DNA of 63,989 nt, counting the filler, from Octopus bimaculoides (lineage: Eukaryota): NCBI RefSeq assembly GCF_001194135.2. It is 11 parts of 10 records of this genome, joined end to end, with 100 filler letters (N's around TTAATTAATTAA, not from the genome) between each part and the next. Parts side by side here need not be neighbours in the genome. Positions count along the whole stretch, not along the records: positions 1 to 6,291 come from NC_068994.1; positions 6,392 to 10,906 come from NC_068985.1; positions 11,007 to 27,225 come from NC_069006.1; 8 more parts are not named here. The stretch is one strand, 5' to 3'. Positions 1 to 12,039 of this stretch are shown piece after piece. Numbering within the stretch: position 1 is the stretch's first letter; each line of letters starts with the position of its first letter. The notes beneath the pieces were generated by a model. It was not told the DNA's origin and did not search any database. It saw only the letters and a program-made list of their open reading frames with translations. The position numbers and the translations under genes were made by a program.

Positions 1-62
<62 letters not shown>

Positions 63-67
63 CATCA

Positions 68-119
<52 letters not shown>

Positions 120-120
120 T
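1..120. repeat. (ATT)n/(AAT)n microsatellite
   Basis: Near-perfect ATT run with a short ATC interruption at the window start. Confidence 0.98.
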
Positions 121-572
121 GAGTGAGAGAGCAGCGCATCCTATCAAAGAGACACTGGGGTACAAATATGCGAAACCCAATATACCCATCTGATAAGGAT
201 ACACGAAGCACATGCATCACAACCATATGTGCGCGACATGGTGATCTCATATCAAGATAAACAGTGCATGACCTTGCAGGTGGGGCCCAGTTAGAATCTT
301 CTTCGGGTCGAGTAGCCCATCCCGCTCAAAAGATCCCGGAATAAGGTTTGTTTAAGAAGGATGAACAAAACACCCATGTTTCCAGAGGTGAATTATTCAA
401 GCCCTATAGAATCCCTCTCAACACATGGCTATGATGCCCCTCCACTACTTCTGCTCGTGATCAGAGGTGCACTTATCGTCAGCCACTAAGGGACATGCTC
501 AACTGGTTGAGGTCAAGCAACAGGTCAGCAAATCTGTGATATTGAGCAGAATATTTGCTGTAGCCCATCTTT
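121..572 (-). mobile_element. Non-coding interspersed repeat, probably the 3' UTR of a non-LTR retrotransposon with an (AAT)n tail
   Basis: Complex sequence abutting the ATT run (AAT tail on the minus strand) and ending abruptly where Tc1 homology begins. The family assignment is from recollection of octopod repeats and is not verified. Confidence 0.45.
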
Positions 573-1263
573 CAAAAACAAACGTTGCAAAGCGTTTGGA
601 GTGGAGTAAAAACCTACAGAATTGTTCCCTAGAGCAGTGGAAGAATGTTATTTTCTCAGAGTCATCCTTTACCTTATTTCCGACCACAGCCAAAAGAAGC
701 ATTTGATCAAGACTGCCCTCTTCCAACTGTTAAACATGGAGGAGGATCTGTGATGATCTAGGGTGGGGGCAGGTGGCTATATCTTGGAAATCCGCCCGCC
801 CAATGGTTTCCCTTCATGGCAGAATTAATAGTCAAGACTATTTAAGCATTTTATCTGATCAAATTCATCCCATGGTGGCGGAACTGTTTCCGGAAGGAAA
901 CGCAATCTTTCAGGATGATAATGGCACCAACTCACACAGCTAAAGTTGTTACTGAATGGCACGAGGAACATTCTAGTGAATTTGAACATCTTATCTGGCC
1001 ACTACAGATATCAATATTATTGAACATTTCTGGTGCATTTTAGAAAAACAAGGAGTCAATATCCTCCACTATCATCACCACAAGAACTGGAGACTGTTTT
1101 CGTTGAAGAATGGGCAAAAATTCCTTTGGAAACAATTCAAACTTTGAACGAGTCATACCTCGTAAAATTCAAGTTGTAATTACTGCCAAAAGCGGTCCTA
1201 CCCCATATTAAAATAAATTTGTTTGAAATTTTAAGGTGTTTCCATTATTTTGTCCAACCCTTG
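570..1263 (+). mobile_element. Tc1-family DNA transposon remnant: 3' half of the transposase plus right TIR
   Basis: Translates to SKTNVAKRLEWSK..WKNVIFSESSFTLF, GGSVMI.G, QDYLSILSDQIHPMV, IFQDDN, IIEHFW: a DDE-type Tc1 catalytic region with frameshifts. It ends GGTGTTTCCATTATTTTGTCCAACCCTTG followed by TA. Homologous to 14314-15205 on the opposite strand. Confidence 0.92.
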
Positions 1264-2014
1264 TATATGCACACACACACACACACACACACATTAAAGA
1301 CAGAATTCATACAAGAAACAGCCAAATACACACACACACACACTATTTCTCTCTATCTCTCTCTCTCTCTCTCTCTCTCATACACACACACACACACACA
1401 CATACACACACACATACACACACACATAAAAACTGTTGCGGTCACAGGTATTTATTTCAACATCTCTTTATACAATCACACTTTTACTCACAGATCATTA
1501 GTAAACACGCTTACACTCATATAAACACACACTGTCTCCTCTCCCCGCATTCACATCATGTCCAATGGCTGCAAAAGTCGGTGACATGTCTCTGTGAGTC
1601 TGTCATCTCCAGTTGACCACGTTTGCCGTGAACAGTATCATACATCGATGAAGGCCTATTAAACATTGGTCATTAAACTAGTTCAGTTGCGTTGTACCGA
1701 ATGACTTCAATGAGATCAACCAGCATCTGCGTACTGTTGGTGGCACGCACATATACACACATACACATATATACATGTTTATAAGTACGTATGTACGTGT
1801 ATATGTGTGTATATACATATATACATACATACATATATATATGTATATATGTATGTATCTGTGTTTTTTTAATTGGCTATTTACTACACGCTCACCCGGG
1901 CCCCCGTCCTTCAGACTATTTTGGAGTACCTGATTCATGGATCTCTCCCTACCATTGAAGTACGTCACCTTATTCATTCGGAGTACACCATTTTTGCACT
2001 TTTGATTGTGAATC

Positions 2015-2070
<56 letters not shown>

Positions 2071-2464
2071 ATAGTGCGTAATATATTTGAGGACAGAAAT
2101 ATGCTTATAAAAAAACATATAATAACAGATTTATAAGAAATTTACCACTACGTGGAACAAGACCCTTCTATCATAACATCAGATCGCTACAAACCTTGTG
2201 AATGAAATTGAATAGATGGAAACTGTGTGGAAGCCCTCCGGATAAAGTGTACTTGAAAGTTTAAGTTCCAGCCTTGTCGTATCACGTGACACCCGGGGCC
2301 TTAAAGATGATTACGTTAAGATTACATTAAGTGTAAGTATCTGTGGAATATTCGGTACCAATGATGTCATTAGTCCAACTGGAAGACGCATAGGACAGAC
2401 TGGGACACATACTTCACAGAGACAAAGGAACAGACGGACGGGTGGATATAGTACCGACCCGACT

Positions 2465-2675
2465 CACATGTTTCAGCCATTGAACTGCGGTCATGCTGGA
2501 GCACCACCTTGAAAGAGTTAGATGAACAAATCGACACCAATACTTATTTTCTATATGCCTGGTACTTATTCTACCGTTCATTTAGGCCAAACCATTTCGT
2601 TACGAGCACGTAAATAAACCAACACCGGTTGCCAAGCGGTGGAGAGGAATAAACACAAGTACAATGACACACACT
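2465..2675 (-). mobile_element. SINE-like interspersed repeat (family B), diverged
   Basis: Shares TGTTTCAGxCATTxxACTGCxGxCATGCTGGAGCACC..AATCGAC..ACTTATTCTA with a second copy at 20355-20525. Confidence 0.65.
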
Positions 2676-2683
2676 TTCGCACA

Positions 2684-2715
<32 letters not shown>

Positions 2716-2771
2716 CACACACACACACATATACACACACACGCATACATACATACATACATACATACATA

Positions 2772-2990
2772 CAGGTTTATACCTGTAATTATTGGGGCCC
2801 TGGGATATGTAAACACACTGCCTAAGGACTAATCTTGAGAAACTGAGTTTCTCAAAATCAGAAAAGAGAAAGCTGATTCGAAGACTACAGACCCAAGCCA
2901 TCACTGGAAATGTAAAGATCTGTAACATTTTCCAGAAGTTTATCATCTCAGTATATATGAGCATGTCTAGACATGCATATGCATGAGTAT
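2772..2990 (+). mobile_element. 3' end of an RLE-type (R4/Dong-like) LINE, 5'-truncated, in (ACAT)n
   Basis: Encodes PVIIGALGY..NLEKLSFSKSEKRKLIRRLQTQAITGNVKICNIFQKF. High similarity to 17020-17230. Flanked by ACAT repeats. Confidence 0.85.
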
Positions 2991-3272
2991 ACATGCATAA
3001 GACAAATCATACAAATTTGCACGCATACATAATTACATACATACATATATATGTATGTATATATATATANNNNNNNNNNNNNNNNNNNNNNNNNNNNNNN
3101 NNNNNNNNNNNNNNNNNNNNNNNNNNNNNNNNNNNNNNNNNNNNNNNNNNNNNNNNNNNNNNNNNNNNNNNNNNNNNNNNNNNNNNNNNNNNNNNNNNNN
3201 NNNNNNNNNNNNNNNNNNNNNNNNNNNNNNNNNNNNNNNNNNNNNNNNNNNNNNNNNNNNNNNNNNNNNNNN

Positions 3273-3304
<32 letters not shown>

Positions 3305-3879
3305 CTAATTTATAATTATATAGATATAATTATAGTAAAGGGTGTTGATAAACAACACCAACATGCTAGATATAGACGCCAAATAGCTCTTAAAAACACA
3401 CCTTGCACTTCATTAAGACAGGCTGAAAGCAGGAAAATGAATAAAGATGATTTTTTTTTTAAGTGTTAATTATAAATCGATTTCTATCTTAGAGATATAA
3501 AATCCCGCTGCTGTCTACAGTAAATATTTATCCATACCCATATGAATAAAACATATCCACACGTTTATGTACATACATTCACACGTATATATGAGTCGAA
3601 TCTAATTTATTCACCCCCAACCACGTGCGTTTACGACCAAAACAATATCGCAGTGAATATAAACTGATCAGAGTAAATAATACATATTTATACATAATTA
3701 AAGATAAAAGGATTTTAAAAAAAGTCTTCTTTATTCATTTTCTCGTTTTCAACCTGTGCTAACGGAATGCAAGATGTGGTTTTTAGAGTTATTTGACGTC
3801 TTTATCTAGCATGATGGTGTTGTTATCAGCACCCTTCATTATATTGTTGGTAGAAAGATAAACAGATTGATGGATAGAC

Positions 3880-3892
3880 AGGCGAACGTACG

Positions 3893-3942
<50 letters not shown>

Positions 3943-3948
3943 TAGATG

Positions 3949-3981
<33 letters not shown>

Positions 3982-4022
3982 GTAGGTAGGTAGGTAGGTA
4001 GGCAGGTAGGCAGGTAGGTAGA
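3880..4022. repeat. Compound tetranucleotide microsatellite (GACA)n-(GATA)n-(GGTA)n
   Basis: Read directly from the sequence. Similar blocks at 11120-11180, 11765-11900, 17715-18190 and 56050-56640. Confidence 0.95.
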
Positions 4023-6040
4023 TATGAAGAGAGATACACAGGAATCTAGACTGATAGACATAAATTATAAGAAAACTTGTGTTCGTAAGAATCGCGAATA
4101 AGTTGAGAGAGGAGAAAAAGGGGGGAAAATGAGCGAACTAGAAACGGAAACAAAGGGAAGAGAACGAAATAGAGATTGTGAAGAATAGAGAAAGGGGAAG
4201 AAATAAGAGAGAGAGTGCATGTATGAGAGAGAGAAAATGTAAGAGACAGGGAAAACAAGAAAGAGAGAGAGAGAAAGAGAGGGGGAGAGATTTAGACAAA
4301 ATGGTCTAGAAATGAATGGAAAGAGAGAGTAGAGGTGATAGAGTGGGGAAACAGTGGGAGGGAAAATATGATAAGAGATAAAGAGAGGGCAAATGGGAAA
4401 CCATATTGTACTTTCTCTCTTTAATACTTGCAATCCACCCCATACACACATCGCAATGTGTATATACATACATTCTTTTGCACAAACACACACGCACATA
4501 CACACACACGTACATATAAATATACGCATGAAATACATACGGTGACGCTGTGATAGATTTATATATATNNNNNNNNNNNNNNNNNNNNNNNNNNNNNNNN
4601 NNNNNNNNNNNNNNNNNNNNNNNNNNNNNNNNNNNNNNNNNNNNNNNNNNNNNNNNNNNNNNNNNNNNNNNNNNNNNNNNNNNNNNNNNNNNNNNNNNNN
4701 NNNNNNNNNNNNNNNNNNNNNNNNNNNNNNNNNNNNNNNNNNNNNNNNNNNNNNNNNNNNNNNNNNNNNNNNNNNNNNNNNNNNNNNNNNNNNNNNNNNN
4801 NNNNNNNNNNNNNNNNNNNNNNNNNNNNNNNNNNNNNNNNNNNNNNNNNNNNNNNNNNNNNNNNNNNNNNNNNNNNNNNNNNNNNNNNNNNNNNNNNNNN
4901 NNNNNNNNNNNNNNNNNNNNNNNNNNNNNNNNNNNNNNNNNNNNNNNNNNNNNNNNNNNNNNNNNNNNNNNNNNNNNNNNNNNNNNNNNNNNNNNNNNNN
5001 NNNNNNNNNNNNNNNNNNNNNNNNNNNNNNNNNNNNNNNNNNNNNNNNNNNNNNNNNNNNNNNNNNNNNNNNNNNNNNNNNNNNNNNNNNATATATATAT
5101 ATATGTAATATATATATATATTATATATATATATATGTATATGTGTATATATATGTATGTATATATATATATCATATAATATATATGTCACATATACATA
5201 TATATGTATATAGTGAGACAGAGAGACAGATAGAAATAGATGGATAGGTAGATTGATAAATAGATTGATAGAAAGAAAGAACGATAGATAGATAGATAGA
5301 TAAATGCATGTACGTGCATTTAAACATATACATATATACTCGTGTTATACACGCACACATATACACATAATACAGAAACACGCACTCACACGTTCACACG
5401 TTCACACGTCATGTGTGTATGCATATGTATATATAATATGTGTATGTGTGTGTGCTTGTGTGTGCGTGTATACATATACATGCATGCATATTTATATATA
5501 TATGTATAAACATACACATATCTACATATCTACAATGGATGAGAGTTGGTGTGTATATGCGTACGTGTCCATGTATGTACGTATGTGTGCGTGTATCGGT
5601 GCGCTTTTTGGGCCCTTTGCTTTGTGACTCGTTTGTCAAGCAAACCGTGTTTGCCTGGCTTTCACTTCTGCTTGAATCTGGCAAAAACAACTGACCTCTA
5701 CAACCCAAACGTATCTCGTCTGCTCATAGACATTGTCTAATTTAATGTGGGTTGAAAATTCAATTAAGTTGAGCGTGTGTGGCATAAAATGACATCGGCC
5801 CAGCCATTAGCGCATTGAATAATAGGTTGAGGGCCGCCAAGTATTAAGAACAGTTCGAAGGAACGATGAACTTACGGAGTTGTGGAGCTGGGAGGGAGGA
5901 AGATTGCGAGTGAGAGAGAGAGAGAGAGGGGGGAAGAGAGAAAGAGTGATAGTTAAAGAGGGAGAGTGAGAGTGAGAGAGGGAAAAACTTGTGGAGTGGA
6001 AGTAAGCGGGAATGATGAGAAAGGAACAGAAGGAATAAAC

Positions 6041-6090
<50 letters not shown>

Positions 6091-6499
6091 GGTGAGCTTG
6101 TAATGTGGAAATAATTGGGGATGAAGAGAGATATTGGGTAGTGCTGGGGGTGGGGGTGAAGATGTAGTGGTGGTGGAATGGTGGTGGGGTGGTTGTTGTG
6201 TCGGTTGTGGAGGTGGTGGTGGTGATGTTTATGATGGTCGTAGTCGTTGAAGTGGTGACGGTAGTGGTGCTGGTGGTGATGGTATTGGTGGNNNNNNNNN
6301 NNNNNNNNNNNNNNNNNNNNNNNNNNNNNNNNNNNTTAATTAATTAANNNNNNNNNNNNNNNNNNNNNNNNNNNNNNNNNNNNNNNNNNNNCGCTTATAA
6401 TATTACCATAACGGTTTAAGGCGGCAAGTTGGCAGAATCGTTAGCACGCCGGACTAACCAACCTCCTATCCCTCCCCTCCCCTCCAAAAAATTCCAGGC

Positions 6500-6790
6500 G
6501 TTGTAAAAAACCTTTTCGAGTCATACTAACTCATAAGGGCTAGTTTCCTGGTTTCATTGGCGTATAGGTTCCCCACCTGGACGGGACGCCGGTCGGTCGC
6601 AGGTGAGCTGCTAGATGCAGGAGGTAAGAGTGGAAGAAAGTTGTGGCGAAAGAGTCAGCAGAAGTTCGCCATTACCTTCTGCCGGAGCCATGTGGAGCTT
6701 AGGTGTTTCGCTCATAAACACACACATCGCCCGGTCTGAGATTCGAACACGCGATACCTCGACCGCGAGTCCACTGCTCTAACCACTTAT
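6500..6790 (-). mobile_element. tRNA-derived SINE with V-domain-like tail
   Basis: The minus strand begins AGTGGTTAGAGCAGTGGACTCGCGG..GTGTTCGAATCTC (A/B boxes). It also contains GCGACCGACCGGCGTCCCGTCCAGGTGGGGAA, similar to the tail of 15812-16030. Confidence 0.7.
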
Positions 6791-6844
6791 ACTCATAGTA
6801 GAAAGGATTATTCATATACTATTCTATGGTGGTCACGTAGCGCA

Positions 6845-7020
6845 ATTTTTAGCACGCTGGGCAAAATGCTTAGCATAATTTATGTCTTTACGTTCTGAGT
6901 TCAAATCCTGCCCATGTCGGAGGTCGATAAAATGAGTACCAGTTGCGTACTGGAGTCGATGTAATCGACTCGCCCCCTCCCAAGAAATTGCTGGCCTTGT
7001 GCCAAAATTTGAAATCAATA
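6845..7020 (+). mobile_element. Nin/Deu-domain-like SINE, internally deleted
   Basis: TTAGCACGC..GTTCTGAGTTCAAAT..GAGGTCGATAAAATGAGTACCAG..GGTCGATGTAATCGAC. The same family occurs at 7775-8140, 8755-8905 and 57920-58140. Confidence 0.75.
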
Positions 7021-7774
7021 TTACCATAGCGTTTCCTTCTTTATATTTCTTCTCTTCGTGATTTTGTTTTTTCATGTTTCAGAACTAGGAAATAATCTTG
7101 AAAATTTTGGAAAAACAAAAGTGCTTTTGCTTGCAGGGGTAAAAATATTCTCTTTAACGTTTACTTCACTGAGTGTGGCTGTGGTTGGTACAAATGAATC
7201 TGTTTTGACATGGTACCACACAGAGACTGGCAATGTATATTGGGTACATTTACAAGAAACATAGCTTCTGTCATCACTTTGCTTTCCTTTCATGTTACGT
7301 TTAAATTCATTTTAAATGCTTCTAGAAATATTTGTTTTTGTAAAGTTCTATGTCTAGAACTTCAGAAGAAAAGTTGTCTGTTTCGTGAGCGTATGCAAGT
7401 CGAACAACATTCTATGATGTCTTCATTTCTTTAGGGTGAATTTAAAAAGTATTTGAATCAATAAAGTACAATATGATGGATTACGGTTCTTAGATACAAG
7501 CGCAACTGACCTCTATGACTCATGCAGTTGGCCTCTATATGTGTAGATTAGTCTTAAAACTAATGTACTTCCAGTCACTATGCGTTTAAAAGCTAGTCCA
7601 AGCCCAGTTAATTTGAGCTTCAAAACAAGAGATACCAGTTGTCATATGCACTTTAAAAGAAGGGAAACAATTATAACTATGCTGTTGTTGGTGACATTTT
7701 TTCTGTATTTAATTATCAACTAATCAGAATTTTAAATGGTTATATGCAAATTCATTGATCAAATTCATTGATTA

Positions 7775-7987
7775 ATATTAATCTCAAACTTTACTACAAG
7801 GCCAGAAATTTTGGGGGAGGGGGCTAGTCGATTACATCGACCCAAGTACTCGACTGCCACTCATTCTATCGACCCCCGAAAGGATGAGAGGCAAAGGAGA
7901 CCTCGGCAGAATTTGAACTCTGAACGTAAAGACGGATGAAATCCCACTAAGCATTTTATCGGGCGTGCTAACGATTCCGCTAGCTCT
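7775..7987 (-). mobile_element. Nin/Deu-domain-like SINE
   Basis: The reverse complement reads GCGGAATCGTTAGCACGCCCG..GAGTTCAAATTCTGCCGAGGTCTCC..CATCCTTTCGGGGGTCGATAG. Confidence 0.8.
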
Positions 7988-8140
7988 TTTCGTTCTGAGT
8001 TCAAATTCCGCCGAGGTCGACTTTACCTTTCATCTTTTCGGGGTCGATTAAATAAGTACCAGTTGAGTACTGGGGTCAATGTAATTGACTGGCCCCTCCT
8101 CCGAAATTGCTGGCTTTGTGCCGAAATTTGAAATCAATAT
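7988..8140 (+). mobile_element. Nin/Deu-domain-like SINE, 5'-truncated, inverted relative to the adjacent copy
   Basis: GTTCTGAGTTCAAATTCCGCCGAGGTCGACTTTACCTTTCATC..GGGGTCGATTAAATAAGTACCAG. Confidence 0.85.
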
Positions 8141-8169
8141 AAAAGTAAAAGAATTAGCATAAAAAGGTA

Positions 8170-8490
8170 TAACTGGCATATCCTCAGTTACGACGACAAG
8201 GGTTCCAGTTGATCCGATCAACGGAACAGCTTGCTCGTGAAATTAACATGCAAGTGGCTGAATACTCCACAGACGTGCATACTCTTAACGTAGCTCTCAG
8301 GGAGATTCAGCGTGACACAGAATGTAACAAGGTCGATCCTTTGAAATACAAGTACTACTCATCTTTGCCAGCTGAAACAACGTGAAATAAAGCGCCTTGC
8401 TCAAGGGCACAACGCGTCGCCGGGAATCGAACACCCGACCTTACGATCGCGAGCCTAATACCCAAACCACTAGGCCTCGCGCTTTCACAA
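8170..8490 (-). mobile_element. CORE-type tRNA-derived SINE
   Basis: Minus strand: CTAGTGGTTTGGG..GTGTTCGATTCCC (A/B boxes), then GTGCCCTTGAGCAAGGCGCTTTATTTCACGTTG (CORE-like; shared with 15890-15925). Confidence 0.75.
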
Positions 8491-8754
8491 CATAAACAGG
8501 TATATATTTTTTCGACATATTGATGTCAGATCTTGTCCGATCTATGTTTCATTCCAGTGGGTTTCAATAAAAGTTAGCACCAGTAATATTTCAGGATTAG
8601 TTCAGTTAAATATATTTCCTTTGTTCGAATGTTGAACTTTTGTTTTGGCAAAAGAAACAAGACATGAAACAAGTATTGAATTGAATTTTTTGACATTTCG
8701 TAGAATGAAATAATCCTTTCTCGTGAAAATAGAAACCCAGCAATTTTAAAAGAA

Positions 8755-8905
8755 AGGGCTAGAGGGTTACACTGACCCCAGTATTTACTTGGTACATCAT
8801 TTTATCGACCCCGAAAGGATGAAAGCATAGTCGACCTCGGCGAAATCTAAACTCAGAAGGTAAAGAGACGAAAAAAATGCCACTTAGCATTTTGTCCGAC
8901 GCACT
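8755..8905 (-). mobile_element. Nin/Deu-domain-like SINE fragment
   Basis: TTTTATCGACCCCGAAAGGATGAAAG..TCGACCTCGGCG on the plus strand is the family core in reverse. Confidence 0.75.
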
Positions 8906-8997
8906 AATGCTTCTGTCTCTTTCAGTGCAGGCCATGGCTGAAGATAATGGGTTCTGCTACATTTTGGTCAGCTCTTGCAACGAAAGCAGCTCAGCCA

Positions 8998-9275
8998 TTA
9001 CAGTTCTATATTTGAGAGATGAGGAATTATGTACATTATTTGCATTTGATGGCAATTTGTCCTTATCTTGTTTGCTGTTAGCACGTTTCGGCTGATATAC
9101 TCTCCAGCCTTCTTCAGGTGTCCTGGGGAAACCTGGGTTCTCATCTCCAAACAAATTTTTGATGTTGTTATTATTATTATTATTATCATCATCATTATTC
9201 AGGTCACTGTCTGGAATCGGACTCGGAATCTTGGAGTTAGTAGCCCGCGCTCTTAACCACGACGCCGTATGCCTG
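8998..9275 (-). mobile_element. Composite element: tRNA-like Pol III head + (AAT)n + hammerhead-like motif + AT-rich tail (copy 1)
   Basis: The head at 9199-9275 has an A-box GGCGTCGTGGTTAAG and a B-box GAGTCCGATTCC. It is followed by an AAT run, then GGACAC-CTGAAGA-A-GGCTG-GAGAGTATAT-CAGCC-GAAAC. Colinear homolog at 49675-49909. Confidence 0.85.
9078..9123 (-). ncRNA. Minimal type I hammerhead-ribozyme-like motif (cleavage-site side degenerate)
   Basis: CUGAnGA core, 5-bp stem II (GGCTG/CAGCC), GAAAC. The sequence after GAAAC reads GTGCTAAC rather than GTTGTGTTAAC as at 49932-49947. Confidence 0.6.
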
Positions 9276-11122
9276 ATTTTTGGTCGGTAGCAATAATGAA
9301 ATTACAGATCTCGCTTTTCTTGTCATCCTTTCTGTTTCTTTAACTGCTTGGACAAAAAGCTCGCGAGTGATTCTTGCTAACAACAGTATAAAATCGCTGT
9401 CTTCTTCATTGTACCATCAGTGTTACTGGCTGTATTTCTGTGCCCACAGCTGGGCGGCTCTGGAATGGTCTTGTCGCTTTGTGGATTTGTAAGTACTTGC
9501 AAACCCATACTGATCTATTCCGACCACATATTATTTCTCGTCGTATTGCACCACGAAAATTCAGGGGTTGATGTCACTAACGCTTCTCTGAGCCTCATCG
9601 TTCTGTAATGTTGACCCATGTAGAGTGGTGCAAATGTATGGCTGGGTGCAAATCTTAGCAGTTCAGACTCTCTTGAAAAGCAGGAATACAGTACCATATG
9701 TTTTACCTCGTTCAAAATATTACCCCATACATCGGCTAGTACCTTCTTCAATTCGTTTTAAGAAAGCACACAAAAGACCTCTCCTGTTTTCGTGGGGCGA
9801 AAATACGTCAACTTCCTTCTTTCTCGTTCTTGGATAAAATCCTCGGCCAAAAAGAGAGATTTTCGTAAAACAGTTTTACTAAACTTGTATCTCCAATAGG
9901 AATTTGGTCGCATGAAGAACATTCCCGCTTGACGCANNNNNNNNNNNNNNNNNNNNNNNNNNNNNNNNNNNNNNNNNNNNNNNNNNNNNNNNNNNNNNNN
10001 NNNNNNNNNNNNNNNNNNNNNNNNNNNNNNNNNNNNNNNNNNNNNNNNNNNNNNNNNNNNNNNNNNNNNNNNNNNNNNNNNNNNNNNNNNNNNNNNNNNN
10101 NNNNNNNNNNNNNNNNNNNNNNNNNNNNNNNNNNNNNNNNNNNNNNNNNNNNNNNNNNNNNNNNNNNNNNNNNNNNNNNNNNNNNNNNNNNNGTTATCAA
10201 TGCAAATGTTCTTTTTCTTTTTTTTTTTTTAATTTGTTGTTTGAAATAGTCTAGTCGACATTTTGTATTCAACATTGCTTAGCAAAGAAAATAAATTCCA
10301 AATGTCTTTCTTTCCTTGAGCAATACTTCTGCGCTGAACACATGAATAATAACCTAATTCTTGAAAAACTCTACAATGTTTAACCCATAGAACCGGAACA
10401 CAAATAATGTCGCCTTACAAGAAACTACTACTACTAATACGACTACTACAATTATCGTCCATCATCACATCATTATTATTATTACTTTTAATATTGGCTA
10501 CTAACTTTTCAGACATTTTTCAATAGGCTCTGTAAATTTCAGAATAAATTGTTTTGTTTTGATTTGCTGGTGTTAAGTTTTAAATACTGTTTTGTTGTAG
10601 AACCAATCATGATCCTGCGTGAGTAGTCTGGTTCCTATTTTCTCTCATCTTTTGGGGCTATATTTCCGAAAACTTTTAGTGCAAACATATCCCTTCGGGA
10701 TACCGAGCAAGTACTGAGGTTGATTTTCTTTTATTTCCTAATAAATAGGATACATAGAGGGGACGAACTAGGACAGACAAGGGGGAACATATAGATCGTT
10801 GAGCCTTTTTACAGATGATTTAACGAATGATTTTAACATGAGAATAATATATTATAATGTGATGATGTTATTGTTTTAAAAATTTGATTACTTTTGGGTT
10901 GGGGGANNNNNNNNNNNNNNNNNNNNNNNNNNNNNNNNNNNNNNNNNNNNTTAATTAATTAANNNNNNNNNNNNNNNNNNNNNNNNNNNNNNNNNNNNNN
11001 NNNNNNTATACATCTATATGTGTGTGTGTGTGAGTATTGTATACATGTATATAACGCTTGTGTGTGTGTTTGTATATGTGTGTGTATGTCTGTGACATAG
11101 AGACAAATAGTGGAAACGGAGA

Positions 11123-11179
<57 letters not shown>

Positions 11180-11800
11180 AAACAGTATCGAATGTAGATG
11201 CGCCTCCTTTTGTCATTACAATGTTGTCACTTATATATGATAATTGTAAATTTTGTATCTATAAATATTGATGTGAGCTATTTATTTCCTTCATCAACGA
11301 TTGTTTATGCATATACATATATGGAAATTATATATATAAATATATATGTGTGTGTGAGTGTGTAAATTCACAGACGCACGCTCTCCTATATACGTATGTA
11401 CATGTGTGTCTGTGTGTCTGTGTGTCTGTGTGTCTGTGTCTGTGGGCATGTATGTTTGCATATGCATATGTATTGTTCATATAAACTCGTCTATAACCGT
11501 ATATATCAGTATGTGCATATATTTTGTAGACTTAAAATATCGGCCGTCTCTGAACTATAGCAAAGATGACACAGAGTGTAACCTTTAAAATTGTTTTGCT
11601 CAAGGCGATAAATGCCGCGCGTTAAGCTAGAAAAATGTGATGGATTGGTCCACCAAGAATTATTTTAAAATAGTTGTAATACTTCAACTAAGCATTCCTG
11701 TAATTGGTCAAAGAGTAAATCACAACATAAACTTAACTGTAATATCTCACTGGCTAGAAAAAGTAGACAGACAGACAGAAAGACAGACAGAAAGACAGAA

Positions 11801-11890
<90 letters not shown>

Positions 11891-12039
11891 ACAGATAGAT
11901 GTCTGGGTGTATATAGGAACATGTATACATACATACACACACACAGAGACATACACACACACACAGACATACACACACACACAGACATACACACACAAGC
12001 ACGCACATACACACACACACACACATGTATACGTATCTA

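Noticed and set aside
6336-6347. TTAATTAATTAA embedded in N runs (also near 10951, 27270, 37028, 40203, 43435, 50841, 57326, 59427, 61345)
   Set aside because: An identical 12-mer centred in N gaps that gives stops in all six frames. It is a scaffolding spacer, not biology.
7082-7264. Possible exon after TTTCAG (ELGNNLENFGKTKVLLLAG..)
   Set aside because: No similarity to dynein or any family I recognise, and weak donors.
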